Position numbers and translations under genes: made by a program. A DNA stretch of 64,000 nt from Methanomassiliicoccaceae archaeon (GTDB lineage: Archaea; Thermoplasmatota; Thermoplasmata; Methanomassiliicoccales; Methanomassiliicoccaceae). Of the stretch, positions 49,080 to 59,251 are shown piece after piece. The stretch is taken from positions 224,001 to 288,000 of the forward strand of contig JAXGZN010000001.1 in NCBI GenBank assembly GCA_040776945.1, written 5' to 3'. Numbering within the stretch: the first letter of the stretch is position 1; the number at the start of each line of letters is the position of its first letter. The notes under the pieces are model-generated. The model was not told the DNA's origin and made no database searches. It worked only from the letters and a program-made list of their open reading frames with translations.

Positions 49080-49730
49080 ATGTACGACCAGAACACCATC
49101 CATATCCCAGCATGGTATGGGCAGATAAGGTTCGGCAAGGTCGAGGTCCGCAATATCATGTTGGCAGTCGGGGCCTTGACCCTTGCCTTCACCCTTTCCA
49201 TGGCCCTCCATTCGTCCATTCCAGGACTGTCCACGATAGAGTTCTTCCTCTATGCCCTGGGCACCTCGTTCATCGCCGTGGTAACCGGGTTCATGCTCCA
49301 TGAGATAGCGCATAAGGTCGTGGCGCAGCGCAACGGGGCGTGGGCGGAATTTCGCGCCTACCCTGTCGGATTGGTCATCGCCATCGTCAGTGCGATGATG
49401 GGGTTCCTCCTGGCAGCGCCTGGAGCGGTGTATATCCAGGGAGCCGTGAGCAGGAGACAGAACGGTCTCATCAGCATCGCCGGGCCGCTGACCAATCTAG
49501 GTCTTGGACTGGTGTTCCTAGGCCTGGGCATTTGGATGCAGAGCGGCCTGTTGGCCATCGCCCTGTATTGGATCGGCTCGGTGAACACCTTGTTGGCGGT
49601 GTTCAATCTGCTGCCCATTCCGCCCCTGGACGGTTCCAAAGTGCTGAGTTGGAGCGTGCCGGTCTACGTCGTGACCTTCGGTGTGACCGTGCTCCTATCG
49701 GCGCTGCTGCTGTTCGGCGTCCTGATCTGA
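49080..49730 (+). CDS. Site-2 protease (M50)
   Basis: LHEIAH, AGPLTN, FNLLPIPPLDGSK. Confidence 0.94.
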   Translation: MYDQNTIHIPAWYGQIRFGKVEVRNIMLAVGALTLAFTLSMALHSSIPGLSTIEFFLYALGTSFIAVVTGFMLHEIAHKVVAQRNGAWAEFRAYPVGLVIAIVSAMMGFLLAAPGAVYIQGAVSRRQNGLISIAGPLTNLGLGLVFLGLGIWMQSGLLAIALYWIGSVNTLLAVFNLLPIPPLDGSKVLSWSVPVYVVTFGVTVLLSALLLFGVLI

Positions 49731-51185
49731 TCATCCTTGCTGGTCAGGGCAAGGGTATCGAAGATGCTGGATGATATAGCCCTCCCATTCCTGCAGCTTG
49801 CCTGGGTTCATGATGTTGTTGGGATCGAGAGCTCTCTTGATGGCCGCCATTGTGCCCAGTGCGGTGACGCGCTCCTTCTGGAAGTACGGAGCCTTCGATA
49901 TGCCCACGCCGTGCTCGCCGGTGACCGTTCCCCCAAGACGCACGCAGGTCTCGAATATGTCCCGGACTGCCTTCTCTCCGTTCCGCCAGGACTCGGGGGA
50001 CTCGGGGTTAAGGAGCATCTTTGTATGCAGGTTGCCGTCCGCGGCGTGCCCGTAGGTCCCGATGATGACGCCATATCTCTCGGCGATCTTGGCGAACTCC
50101 ACGACGGCGTCCGGTATCTTGGAGATGGGTACCGCCATGTCGTCCGCCAGGGACACCGATACCAGGCCTGCTCCGTATCTCGACAGTGCGGACATGACGC
50201 TCTTCCTGGAGTTGGTCCATTTCGCCATCTGCGCCGCATCGTCGGATTGCTGCAGCCCTACCGCACCTATTGACTCGGCCACCTTTACGACCTCCACGAG
50301 ATCCTCGGCCACCACCTTTGGGTCGCCGTCCACCTCTATCATGCACAGCGCGGCCACGTCCGGCAGGCCAGCGTTGATGGCTTTGTTCACCGCGCGGATG
50401 CATGTAGAGTCCATGAGCTCGACCGCCGATGGCAGCAGGGGCTTGGCGATGAGCGCTGAAACACACTGACCAGCCTTTTCCAGGGTGTCGAAGCCGGCCA
50501 CGATCATTGCCATCTTCTTGGGCTTGGGCACGATGCGCAGGATGACCTTGGTTATTATCCCGAGCGTCCCCTCGCTTCCTACGAAGAGCCTCTCCAACTG
50601 ATAGCCTGACGCGTTCTTCAGTGTCCTCGTTCCCACCTCGATAATCTCGCCGGTGGGGAGAACCACCTCCAGACCGAGGACGTAGTCCCTGGTGCCTCCG
50701 TACTTAACCGCTCGCATGCCCGATGCATTGCAGGCGACCATGCCGCCGATTGTGCAGGCCTCTGCGCTGCCCGGCGTGGGCGGGAACGTGAACTTGTACG
50801 GCGCGAGCGCCTTCTGGAGGCTGTCGTACACGACCCCAGCCTCACATACACAATAGAGGTCCTCCACTCGGACCTCCTCGATCCTGTTCATCCGGGTCAG
50901 GTCGATCACCATGCCGCCCTTCAAGGGGACGGCCCCGCCGCAAAGTCCTGTGCCGGCCCCTCGAGGCACGATGGGGATGCCGAGCTTGTTGGCGAGCTTC
51001 ACCAGACGGGACACCTGCTCAGTGCTTCGGGGCTGCACAACGACGTCTGGTGTGACGTGATGGATGGATGCGTCGAAGCCGTAGGTGTAGCGGTCCGCGA
51101 TCCTTGTGGAATAGTTGTTCTCTCCGACTATCGTTCCAATCTGCTCTACCACGGTCTGGTCCATGACATCACTTAACAGGCCCAT
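49731..51185 (-). CDS. FAD-linked oxidoreductase (GlcD/D-lactate dehydrogenase family)
   Basis: PRGAGTGLCGG, FVGSEGTLG, GHAADGNLH, GEHGVG, LDPNNIMNPGK. Confidence 0.93.
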   Translation of the reverse strand: MGLLSDVMDQTVVEQIGTIVGENNYSTRIADRYTYGFDASIHHVTPDVVVQPRSTEQVSRLVKLANKLGIPIVPRGAGTGLCGGAVPLKGGMVIDLTRMNRIEEVRVEDLYCVCEAGVVYDSLQKALAPYKFTFPPTPGSAEACTIGGMVACNASGMRAVKYGGTRDYVLGLEVVLPTGEIIEVGTRTLKNASGYQLERLFVGSEGTLGIITKVILRIVPKPKKMAMIVAGFDTLEKAGQCVSALIAKPLLPSAVELMDSTCIRAVNKAINAGLPDVAALCMIEVDGDPKVVAEDLVEVVKVAESIGAVGLQQSDDAAQMAKWTNSRKSVMSALSRYGAGLVSVSLADDMAVPISKIPDAVVEFAKIAERYGVIIGTYGHAADGNLHTKMLLNPESPESWRNGEKAVRDIFETCVRLGGTVTGEHGVGISKAPYFQKERVTALGTMAAIKRALDPNNIMNPGKLQEWEGYIIQHLRYPCPDQQG

Positions 51186-51355
51186 TGTGGAGGGTTGATA
51201 AAAAACCTATCGCGAAATGGCAGAGCGGACTACGAAGTACCTTTCCCTGCCTACGGTCCCGGCAGTTCACTAGACCGCCGGCATCGTTGGGTCCGCTCCG
51301 CTGTCAGGACAGGCAATTATTAAATCATCCATGCTCGAAGAGCGAGCAGGACATC

Positions 51356-52567
51356 ATGCATGTGGCGATCCTGGGTTATGGCTCGAGCTTCTGGGACCGT
51401 TTTCCTGGTCCTTCCTCGGGACGGGAGGTCCAGGTATGGGGTATCGCCAAGGAACTGGCCCGCCGAAAGCACGAGGTGACGCTTGTGAAGGCCGGAGAGA
51501 GCGATGGCATGATCGCCGCGGACGGGGTAGATATCTTTTCTCTGGAGAACGGTCCGGTCAAGTTCTCGTTCCGAGATGCCGATGATTCTTCGCTGATTGG
51601 AGAAGGGATCTCGTTCTCCCGGAAGACATCTGGGTTGCTGGATAAACTGGGCCCAGATGTCCTATGCCTCCATTACGGCCTTAGCGGCCTCTATCCCGCG
51701 GGCCTTTCCATACCATACTCCTTCACCTTCCATGTCGCTGACACGATGTTCTCAGCGCGCAGGGAGCTACTCCACAGAGATTTCGCTCACTACCCTCGTG
51801 CGATGTGCTCTGCCCTAATGGAGAGGCGTTCAGCGGAGAGGGCCAGTAGATGGTTGGTCCTGAACGAGCATATGGCCCAGTACACGCGCAGGGTCTTGGG
51901 CCGGCCGTCGCAGGTGGTCCCCTGCGGTGTTGATGAGACGGCGTTCCATAACCTGGGCGACGATGGCGGCGTTCTCTATGTCGGCCGCTTGGACCGCAAC
52001 AAGAACGTTGAGCACCTGGTCCGGGCATATGCAGCCCTTCCGCCTGACCTGAGGAGGGAGCATAGGCTGAAGCTGTTGGGCTCTGGAAGCCAAGAGAGCA
52101 GCATCCGCTATTTGGTCCGCAGCATGGGCCTCGAGGAACAGGTGGATATGATCCCCTGGACGGGAAGAGTTGGGACCGCATCGATCATGGGCCTATGCTC
52201 CGTCCTCGTGCTGCCTTCTTACGTGGAAACCTTCGGCATCGTTCTCATAGAAGCGATGGCTTGCGGGAAGCCGATCGTTGCCAGCGATATTCCCGGACCC
52301 CGTAGCATAATAAGGCCCGGCGAGAACGGCTTCCTCACGAGGCCGGAGAGCGTGAGCGACCTCTCCGGAAAACTTGAACAACTCCTGAGGGACCGTGGAC
52401 TTAGAAAGCGGATGGGTGACAGGGGGCGATCGGACGTGGAGGCCAAGTATACCTTTCGGTCGATCGGCGGCACGTACGAGAGCGTTCTCAAGGATTTGGT
52501 CGGAGAGGCGGCGGGGTCGGAACCCTTGGCCGCCGTCACATCCTTCGAGGCCGCGCCGATAAGGTGA
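51356..52567 (+). CDS. Glycosyltransferase family 4
   Basis: YVGRL..KN, ETFGIVLIEAMACGKPIVASD. Confidence 0.93.
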   Translation: MHVAILGYGSSFWDRFPGPSSGREVQVWGIAKELARRKHEVTLVKAGESDGMIAADGVDIFSLENGPVKFSFRDADDSSLIGEGISFSRKTSGLLDKLGPDVLCLHYGLSGLYPAGLSIPYSFTFHVADTMFSARRELLHRDFAHYPRAMCSALMERRSAERASRWLVLNEHMAQYTRRVLGRPSQVVPCGVDETAFHNLGDDGGVLYVGRLDRNKNVEHLVRAYAALPPDLRREHRLKLLGSGSQESSIRYLVRSMGLEEQVDMIPWTGRVGTASIMGLCSVLVLPSYVETFGIVLIEAMACGKPIVASDIPGPRSIIRPGENGFLTRPESVSDLSGKLEQLLRDRGLRKRMGDRGRSDVEAKYTFRSIGGTYESVLKDLVGEAAGSEPLAAVTSFEAAPIR

Positions 52568-52612
52568 CGGGGCCCATCGCCTCTCCTCAGCTTGGGCCAC
52601 CTTTATTAGGGG

Positions 52613-53008
52613 CTATTTTAGGTCGATCTTCACCCCGGCATCCTTGAGGATCTCCATCGCCTTTTCCAGATAGACCTCCTTCATAAGGATGTGGTCGGTG
52701 GAGAAGGAAGAGATGGCGAACAGGCTGATGTTCTGGTCCGCCAGCAGTTTCGTTATATAGGCTAGGAACCCAATGAGGTCGAACGGCAGCTTGGTGTCGA
52801 ACGAGATGATCCGGAACGGCCTTTCCTCCTCCAAGACCTCAAGACCATGGTCCAGCTCGGCGATCGCCGTGATCTCCGCGCCATCGGTCACGACCGCAAA
52901 GATCCTATCGTTGGACCTCGGTACCTCGGCCACCCTGGCAATGGCGTATTCCTTCCTGCGGACCGATGCCCTTATCTCGGTACCTTTCTTGAACTCCTCG
53001 AACTTCAT
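52613..53008 (-). CDS. ACT-domain protein (ACT_7/CASTOR-like)
   Basis: LPFDLIGFLAYITKLLADQNISLFAISSFSTDHILM. Confidence 0.88.
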   Translation of the reverse strand: MKFEEFKKGTEIRASVRRKEYAIARVAEVPRSNDRIFAVVTDGAEITAIAELDHGLEVLEEERPFRIISFDTKLPFDLIGFLAYITKLLADQNISLFAISSFSTDHILMKEVYLEKAMEILKDAGVKIDLK

Positions 53009-53104
53009 TCTATCTTCCGAGGGGGATAGAGCCGGGGACAGATAATAATGAAGACGCTTTCGGCCGGTCAACCTCTGCTTACATCTGTCATTTTAAGGAC
53101 ATTG

Positions 53105-54289
53105 CTAGCGGGCCCGTCCTCCGACCGTCTTGGCAAGCACCTTGCCCGTCATGCTCTTCCTAAGGGCGATGGCATCATGGGGGCACATCTCGTGACAACA
53201 ATAGCACCTAATGCAGGCGCCATAGTTGAACCGGGCCTTGCCCTTGTCCACCCTGACCGCCTTCCTGGGGCACACTTCCTCGCACTGGCCGCAACCAATG
53301 CACCGTCCGATCATCACCTCCGGGCGAAGGGCGTAGGCCCTGGTCAGCCTCGTGATGGCCCGAGCTAGCTTTCCCTGCTCATGGTCCTTTCCCGGAACAT
53401 AGGTAGAGGGCTTCCGGAAGTCGGGCACTATCAGCTTCTCCACTTCCGCGCCTACGGTCCTCACGTCCTTAAAACCCTGGTCCAGGAGCCCGCGGTCCAC
53501 TGCCTCGCGGATGGTGCAGATGTCCATAGGTCCGTAGCCCATGAGGCGGGCCTCGACCACGTCAAGGGCATGGACGTCGGCCGATGCGATGATGGCTCCG
53601 ATCTTCCGGGGCGATCCGTTGTTCGGCCCGTCCCCTTCCATGCCTACGACCGCGTCCATAATGCTAAGCTCAGGCCGCACCAGCTCACTTAGGTCGACCA
53701 GCATGGCGGCGAAATCCCTTGTGGACACCATCCTCGAATGCAGGGATGGTTTCTCCCACCCCGGGAGAAGGCCAAACAGGTTCTTTGTGGCCCCCGTCAT
53801 GGCGGTCATGACGTGCGTCTTTGCCTTGCTGACCGACACTAGTGCATCAGCGTCCAGCGCCGGACCGATCATCGAGAATCGCTTGATCATTCGGCCGCCT
53901 GGATTGGGCACGTCCCGATAAGTGGTGTCGAAGTTCAGCTCGATCCCCAGCTCGCTGGCGACCCTATCCATTCCCGTGGCCGCGTAGACTTTCTGAAGCC
54001 CGACCTCGGTGTACGGCTGCCCCGCTCCCGGTGAATCTGCCAGGACGACCTCGCACCCTCTGTCCAAGAGCATCCTGCCCACTGCGAGGACGACGTGCGG
54101 GTGGGGCGTAACGCACTTCTCAGGTGCGGCGGCCCGCAGAAGATTTGGCTTGAGAAGCACTTTCTGGCCCCTCTCGACGAATCGTTCAATGCCGCCGAGT
54201 AGCCTGATGCTTTCTTGAACGGCGCCCATAACCTCCGCCGCGCCATAGCCCTCGCATTTGACCAAGGAAACGGTCTTTTCGTTGCGCAC
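53105..54289 (-). CDS. DUF362 Fe-S protein with C-terminal 2x4Fe-4S
   Basis: VLLKPNL, KTH..MTGATKNLFG, GMEGDGP, CIGCGQCEEVCP, CIRCYCCHEMCP. Confidence 0.92.
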   Translation of the reverse strand: MRNEKTVSLVKCEGYGAAEVMGAVQESIRLLGGIERFVERGQKVLLKPNLLRAAAPEKCVTPHPHVVLAVGRMLLDRGCEVVLADSPGAGQPYTEVGLQKVYAATGMDRVASELGIELNFDTTYRDVPNPGGRMIKRFSMIGPALDADALVSVSKAKTHVMTAMTGATKNLFGLLPGWEKPSLHSRMVSTRDFAAMLVDLSELVRPELSIMDAVVGMEGDGPNNGSPRKIGAIIASADVHALDVVEARLMGYGPMDICTIREAVDRGLLDQGFKDVRTVGAEVEKLIVPDFRKPSTYVPGKDHEQGKLARAITRLTRAYALRPEVMIGRCIGCGQCEEVCPRKAVRVDKGKARFNYGACIRCYCCHEMCPHDAIALRKSMTGKVLAKTVGGRAR

Positions 54290-54334
54290 GTGGCCGGAAT
54301 GGGCACGGAGATTATTATGGCATGCACCACCTCA

Positions 54335-54874
54335 TCATGGACCACTCCTTGCCCTTCGCTCGTCCCATTCTCTCCTGAGCATTGACATCAGGACGCAGTC
54401 CACATATCGCCCTCTTTTGTATCTATAATCGCGATATATGCCCTCCCGGTGGAAACCGCAGCGTTCGTAGCAGCTAAGAGCACGCGTGTTGGCGGAGTCT
54501 GTCAGTAACCCCACGCGGTTAAGGTTCAGCTCCTCGAAGAGATATCCTACCAGAGTTAGTATGGCATCCCTCCCGTACCCGCATGACCAGAGGTCCTTCT
54601 CTCCGATCATGATCCCTATCTCGGTCCTCCGGTTCCTCCAATCTAGATTGACCGTGCAGATGTTGCCGATGAGCCGGCCATCCTTTGAGTCAATGGAGAA
54701 CACCTTGTCCTTGGACCTGAGCATGTGCGCGAACCAAGCCTCCTCATCCTCCAGGGACATCGGAGGCTCCAGTTTGAGGAACTCGGTGACCTCGGGATCG
54801 TTGATCCAACGGACGAAGGCAGGCAGGTCCCCGCGCTCCACTGGCCTCAGTCTGATCAGTCTGCCCTCGATCAT
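54335..54874 (-). CDS. GNAT RimJ/RimL-type N-acetyltransferase
   Basis: IRLRPVE, EIGIMIGEK, NTRALSCYERCGF.REG. Confidence 0.92.
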   Translation of the reverse strand: MIEGRLIRLRPVERGDLPAFVRWINDPEVTEFLKLEPPMSLEDEEAWFAHMLRSKDKVFSIDSKDGRLIGNICTVNLDWRNRRTEIGIMIGEKDLWSCGYGRDAILTLVGYLFEELNLNRVGLLTDSANTRALSCYERCGFHREGIYRDYRYKRGRYVDCVLMSMLRREWDERRARSGP

Positions 54875-55404
54875 TATGGCCTCTCCGTCCTGAGGGCGCT
54901 CATGATCACTGATGACCTGTGGCCTCCCTGATGGTAATGGTCTTCGCGCAACGTCCCTTCGCGCTCGAAACCGCATGATCTGAAGCATGCTATCGCTCGG
55001 TGATTGTACTCAGCGGCCTTCAGGTGGACCCGGTGCAGATTGAGCACATTGAAGCCGTGATCGAGCAAGATGGCGACCGCTTCCCTTCCATACCCCTGGT
55101 CCCATAGCGAGGGTTCGCCTATGATCGCCCTAAGCTCGGCAGTACCGTTCCGCATGTCCATCTCGAAAAGGCTAACCACGCCTATGCTCTTACCTTCCGC
55201 GAGGGTGACGATGATCAGGTGCAGCTCCGTCTCCGAGGAAAGCGCCTCTTGGACCTTGGCGGCGATCTCCTCGATGGAGGCGCCGATGATCGGTGCCCGC
55301 GCTCCAAGATCTGCAGTGATCCTCTGATCATTGAACCACCGGTAGAGCAACCAGGCATCCTCTGTCACCATCGAGCGCAAGGCGATCCTCTTCCCCATTA
55401 GCAT
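54874..55404 (-). CDS. GNAT RimJ/RimL-type N-acetyltransferase (tandem paralog)
   Basis: WDQGYGREA, NLHRV, NHRAIACFRSCGFEREG; TAATG overlap. Confidence 0.92.
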   Translation of the reverse strand: MLMGKRIALRSMVTEDAWLLYRWFNDQRITADLGARAPIIGASIEEIAAKVQEALSSETELHLIIVTLAEGKSIGVVSLFEMDMRNGTAELRAIIGEPSLWDQGYGREAVAILLDHGFNVLNLHRVHLKAAEYNHRAIACFRSCGFEREGTLREDHYHQGGHRSSVIMSALRTERP

Positions 55405-55743
55405 GGTGTGTCCTCTTTCCTAAAAAGAACATGGTCCCTAAATAATCGTTTTTTCGAGACCCGACCCCAATCATCGGCCGTCCGGGCGGCCAATGGACAT
55501 GCGAGGGGGGGGCGCCATGCCTCGGGGGCCTCGCGGAACAATGTCTCTCGCGGCCCCCTCGTTCCATTGGTGCATTATGACCGGTCTCTCTGGACAACGG
55601 GACCTATTGGGCCTATTTAGAGGTGTGTCCTTGGCCCCTAGACGCTATGGTCTGAAGAGTCACGTGACTGCAGGTCTGTCCGGCGAAGGCGGGACCATAG
55701 CCCAGAGAAGCGTTAAATGGAGAGACCTTATAACGCCTGAGCC

Positions 55744-56382
55744 ATGAACGCTAAGATCGTTCTACTCGGAGCGCCGGGGTCCGGAAAGGGAACTCAAGCG
55801 AAAAGGCTCTGCCAGGAGCTCGGGCTCGCTCTTATCTCGACCGGTGACCTCCTCCGTGAAGCGGTTCGCGAGGGCACCCCCCTGGGCAAGCAAGCGAAGG
55901 GATTTATGGACGCCGGGAAGCTGGTGCCGGACGATCTGGTCATCGGCCTGATCAAGGAGAAGCTGGCCGGGTTGAAGGGGGGCTTCCTCCTGGACGGGTT
56001 TCCCCGCAACCTGGAACAGGCCGAGATGCTCGATGCCATCGCCGACATCAACCTGGCGGTGAACCTGGACGTAGACGAGCAGGCCATAGTGGACCGGATC
56101 GCCAAGCGCCGCAGCTGCAAGCAGTGCAATGAGGTATATCATCTTGCCACCAAGCCATCCAAGAAGGGGGGCGTGTGCGACAAGTGCGGCGGGGAGCTTT
56201 ACCAGCGGACCGATGATACCGAGGCCGTGGTGCGAGAGAGATTAAGGGTGTATAAGGAGCGCACCCTACCCTTGACCGATTTCTACAAGAAGAGGGGCAT
56301 CTTGGTCAACGTGGACGGTCAAGGGGAGATCGATGATGTGTTCGATCGTACCCTGAAGGCCATCAAGAAGTCCAGGTCCTAG
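55744..56382 (+). CDS. adk: Adenylate kinase, bacterial-type with Zn-LID
   Basis: GAPGSGKGTQA, STGDLLR, LDGFPR, CKQC...CDKC, QRTDD. Confidence 0.96.
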   Translation: MNAKIVLLGAPGSGKGTQAKRLCQELGLALISTGDLLREAVREGTPLGKQAKGFMDAGKLVPDDLVIGLIKEKLAGLKGGFLLDGFPRNLEQAEMLDAIADINLAVNLDVDEQAIVDRIAKRRSCKQCNEVYHLATKPSKKGGVCDKCGGELYQRTDDTEAVVRERLRVYKERTLPLTDFYKKRGILVNVDGQGEIDDVFDRTLKAIKKSRS

Positions 56383-56493
56383 ACGGGCGCGGCCGGGAGC
56401 CCGCCTGGCCCTGTCCAAACTCCACCCTACCTCGATCGACGTACGGGTGCCGATAACGGTTCGGTTCAAGGTCCTTTCAGATCCTCATGCTGC

Positions 56494-57534
56494 CTACAGT
56501 AGCTCTTTGAAGATGGACTCGTAACGACTAGCGCTCTCTTCCCAAGTGTAGCTCCCGGCCACCTCAAGGCTCCTTTCGCCCATCGACCTGGCGGTGTTGC
56601 GATCGATGGACATCAGCCTCTCCCTCATCTCGTCCTCGCTTCCGGCCAGGTATCCGTTGGCCCCATTCTTGATCAGCATGGACATGTTCCCCCGGTCGGT
56701 TGACACTACCGCCTTCCCCTGACTTATGGCCTCCATAATGCTTGCTGAAGTGGTTATGTCCTCGAACGGCATGAAAACGATATCACTGGCAGCATAGTAC
56801 TCGGCGATCGTGCTCTCGTCGAGCCGCTCCAGGACCGCGCGGAAACGGCCGGGATGCTCTTCTTCGTACCGCCGTATCAGATCGGCGATCTCGCGGTCCC
56901 TGCAGCTTCCGGCCAATACGCCAAGGTAGCTTTCCGGAAGGGACGAGACCACGCGGAGGTAAGAACGGATACCTTTGTTCCAGCGGTTAGGCCCGATCAT
57001 CAGGACAATGGTCTTGTCCGGAGGAAGGAGGAGCTTTCTACGGGAAAGCTCTGCGTCGGCCTTGGCGACAACATCGAAATAATTGGCCAGAGGTATCACG
57101 TCCAAAGGTAGTTCCTGGCCGAACAAGGCCTGGAAATCGTTCTTGGTCCTTTCGGAATGAACGACCCCGCGGTCTGCCCAGGCCTGAACGTAGCGCATTG
57201 CCATCTGGTCGGCCCCCCTGCTTCCAAACTGCACTGAATGAGGGGATAGGTTGTGCACCGTCCATACCATGCGTATTCCCAGCAGACGGCACGACAGGCG
57301 CGCCAGCCTCATTTCCGCCCTATTGTTGAAAGGCAACCAGTTCAGGTTCATGACCTTGAATCCCTGCAGACGGCGAACGAAAAGCTGAGCGATGCTCCAC
57401 GGGGTCTGGCGTCCGAACCATGAGATGCACCGTACTTCGACGCCTCTCTTCTCCAAGTATCTCTTTAGGAGCTGGAGATGAGGGCCGGAGGCAGCGGGGC
57501 ATAGAAGCACCTTTGTCCTTGTTCCTGATCCCAT
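56494..57534 (-). CDS. Glycosyltransferase family 4
   Basis: WTVHN, NKG, SDIVFMPF..TSASIMEAISQGKAVV. Confidence 0.88.
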   Translation of the reverse strand: MGSGTRTKVLLCPAASGPHLQLLKRYLEKRGVEVRCISWFGRQTPWSIAQLFVRRLQGFKVMNLNWLPFNNRAEMRLARLSCRLLGIRMVWTVHNLSPHSVQFGSRGADQMAMRYVQAWADRGVVHSERTKNDFQALFGQELPLDVIPLANYFDVVAKADAELSRRKLLLPPDKTIVLMIGPNRWNKGIRSYLRVVSSLPESYLGVLAGSCRDREIADLIRRYEEEHPGRFRAVLERLDESTIAEYYAASDIVFMPFEDITTSASIMEAISQGKAVVSTDRGNMSMLIKNGANGYLAGSEDEMRERLMSIDRNTARSMGERSLEVAGSYTWEESASRYESIFKELL

Positions 57535-57659
57535 AGGCTCATCCTCCCGTGTTATCTCTGTAGGCCTTTTCGATCGTAGGGCGGCCTTCGAGCGGTCGTT
57601 GCATCGTAGCTCGAGCGATACATTTAAAACATAGTAGCATTTTCCTGGCACACGGCCAT

Positions 57660-57732
57660 AGCCCCGTAGTGTAGCGGTCAATCATGCGAGACTCTGGATC
57701 TTGCGACGGCAGTTCGAATCTGCCCGGGGCTA
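57660..57732 (+). tRNA. tRNA-Gln(CTG)
   Basis: AGCCCCGTAGTGTAGCGGTCAATCAT-GCGAGA-CT-CTG-GA-TCTTGC-GACGGCAGTTCGAATCTGCCCGGGGCTA. Confidence 0.97.
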
Positions 57733-57783
57733 CTTTCCTTACCTCATGATCGATGAGAGGCATGGTCCCGACCCTAATTGACG

Positions 57784-58377
57784 TCAAGGGCCCTTGAGAT
57801 CATCAGGACCGAGATGCTCTTTCCCGGACGCGAGGTCCCTGAAGTACTGCTCCCCATCCTCCGGTCCCCTGACGTACAGAGTATCGCCGCCCATTATGGT
57901 GGTCGTCTTGTTAGGACCGTAGATGTACCTTCTCCCTCGGCGGACGGCGATGGCGTACATGCCGGTATTGGTGGCTAGGCGGACCTTGCCCAAGGTCGCC
58001 CCGTCCAGGTCGGAGCCTTCGCCCACGACGACGGAAGTGATGATCACGTCCGTCTCGCGGAGCGCCAACTGGATGACCGGATGGGGCGGAACGTCCCTTC
58101 GGACCACATCGGCGATCTTGAGCGCGGCCTTCGATATTTCCCCGACCGATTGCGCCAGGCGGATGATGAGAAGGGCCTTCTTGATGTCCTTGTCCTCGGT
58201 GGCCTTTTCGATCGCCATCTCCTGGATCTCGTTCTCCAGTTCCCTCATGCGACCGTCCAGTTGGTATACTTCTTCAGCAATGTCGCGATTGTTGTAGAGC
58301 AGCGAGGAATATGCAAGGTCCACCATGAGCTCTGAGGTGTCCTTGATCTCGAGAAGCATCTCCTCCAGCCCCATCAT
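57784..58377 (-). CDS. PhoU + TrkA-C (RCK_C) domain protein
   Basis: EIKDTSELMVDLAYSSLL; LDGATLG..L.TNTGMYAIAVRRG..IYGP. Confidence 0.9.
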   Translation of the reverse strand: MMGLEEMLLEIKDTSELMVDLAYSSLLYNNRDIAEEVYQLDGRMRELENEIQEMAIEKATEDKDIKKALLIIRLAQSVGEISKAALKIADVVRRDVPPHPVIQLALRETDVIITSVVVGEGSDLDGATLGKVRLATNTGMYAIAVRRGRRYIYGPNKTTTIMGGDTLYVRGPEDGEQYFRDLASGKEHLGPDDLKGP

Positions 58378-59006
58378 CACTCCTCCTCTGGATACACTGG
58401 CCACTTGTTGACGCCGCTGGTGAAGCACCTTAGTCGTTCATAGCCATCCTCGGTACCGCGGACCACCAGCAGGTCGCATTCCTTGAGACGCTCCGTCTCC
58501 TCAGGATCATATATCCAGCGGATGCCTCTCTTTATGGCTATGACCCTCATGCCCGTTTCCGTCTCAACGCTCAGATCCTCTAGGCTCTTACCCCTCATGT
58601 CCGACCGGTCGGACAGTGTCAGAAGGCGGATCTTCTCCTCAGCTTCCTTAAGGACCAAGCTGACGATGGGATTTCCTTTGGGGTTCAGCTCTAGCAGCTC
58701 GACTATATCGCCGGCGGCAGCGGATATCGCGGCCGCCCCTTCCGCCACCTGCAAGAGCCCTGAGAGCTGGATGGCGTCCTGAGCGGTCCTCGATGCGATC
58801 ATCATTCGGATCTTAATCTCGTGGTTCAGGGTGTCCATTCGCGAGCAGAGGTGATGCACCTCCGCTCCAATCTCCTGGCTATCGAATAATAGAGCGGCGT
58901 ATGCCAGGTCCACGATGACCTCGGAGATGTCCTTTATCTCTGTCAGGAGCTCCCTGACGGTGAGATTCTCCTTCTCCTCCTCATCCTCTTCCCCGTAGTA
59001 CACCAT
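58377..59006 (-). CDS. PhoU + TrkA-C (RCK_C) domain protein (paralog)
   Basis: EIKDISEVIVDLAYAALLF; GKSLEDL.VETETGMRVIAIKRG..IYDP. Confidence 0.9.
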   Translation of the reverse strand: MVYYGEEDEEEKENLTVRELLTEIKDISEVIVDLAYAALLFDSQEIGAEVHHLCSRMDTLNHEIKIRMMIASRTAQDAIQLSGLLQVAEGAAAISAAAGDIVELLELNPKGNPIVSLVLKEAEEKIRLLTLSDRSDMRGKSLEDLSVETETGMRVIAIKRGIRWIYDPEETERLKECDLLVVRGTEDGYERLRCFTSGVNKWPVYPEEE

Positions 59007-59251
59007 TGCCTAATGCACCCTCCCCGGACCCGGGGCACTGTGGCGGCAGCTCATAAGTAAGGTGATTATCCGATCCAGATCAGATATCAAAGGTGTCCAC
59101 CAGGCCGGCAGGGGCCGCTCGCGCCCGTGCCATCCTTAAATCCGATTGGGATATATATCAATTGTCGGGAACAAGGGCCTTCCCGCGGTCAAGTTCCCGA
59201 CTGAGGAAGTTGATATATGAATTAGAGGTTTCCGTTCAAGGGGTGAACTGA

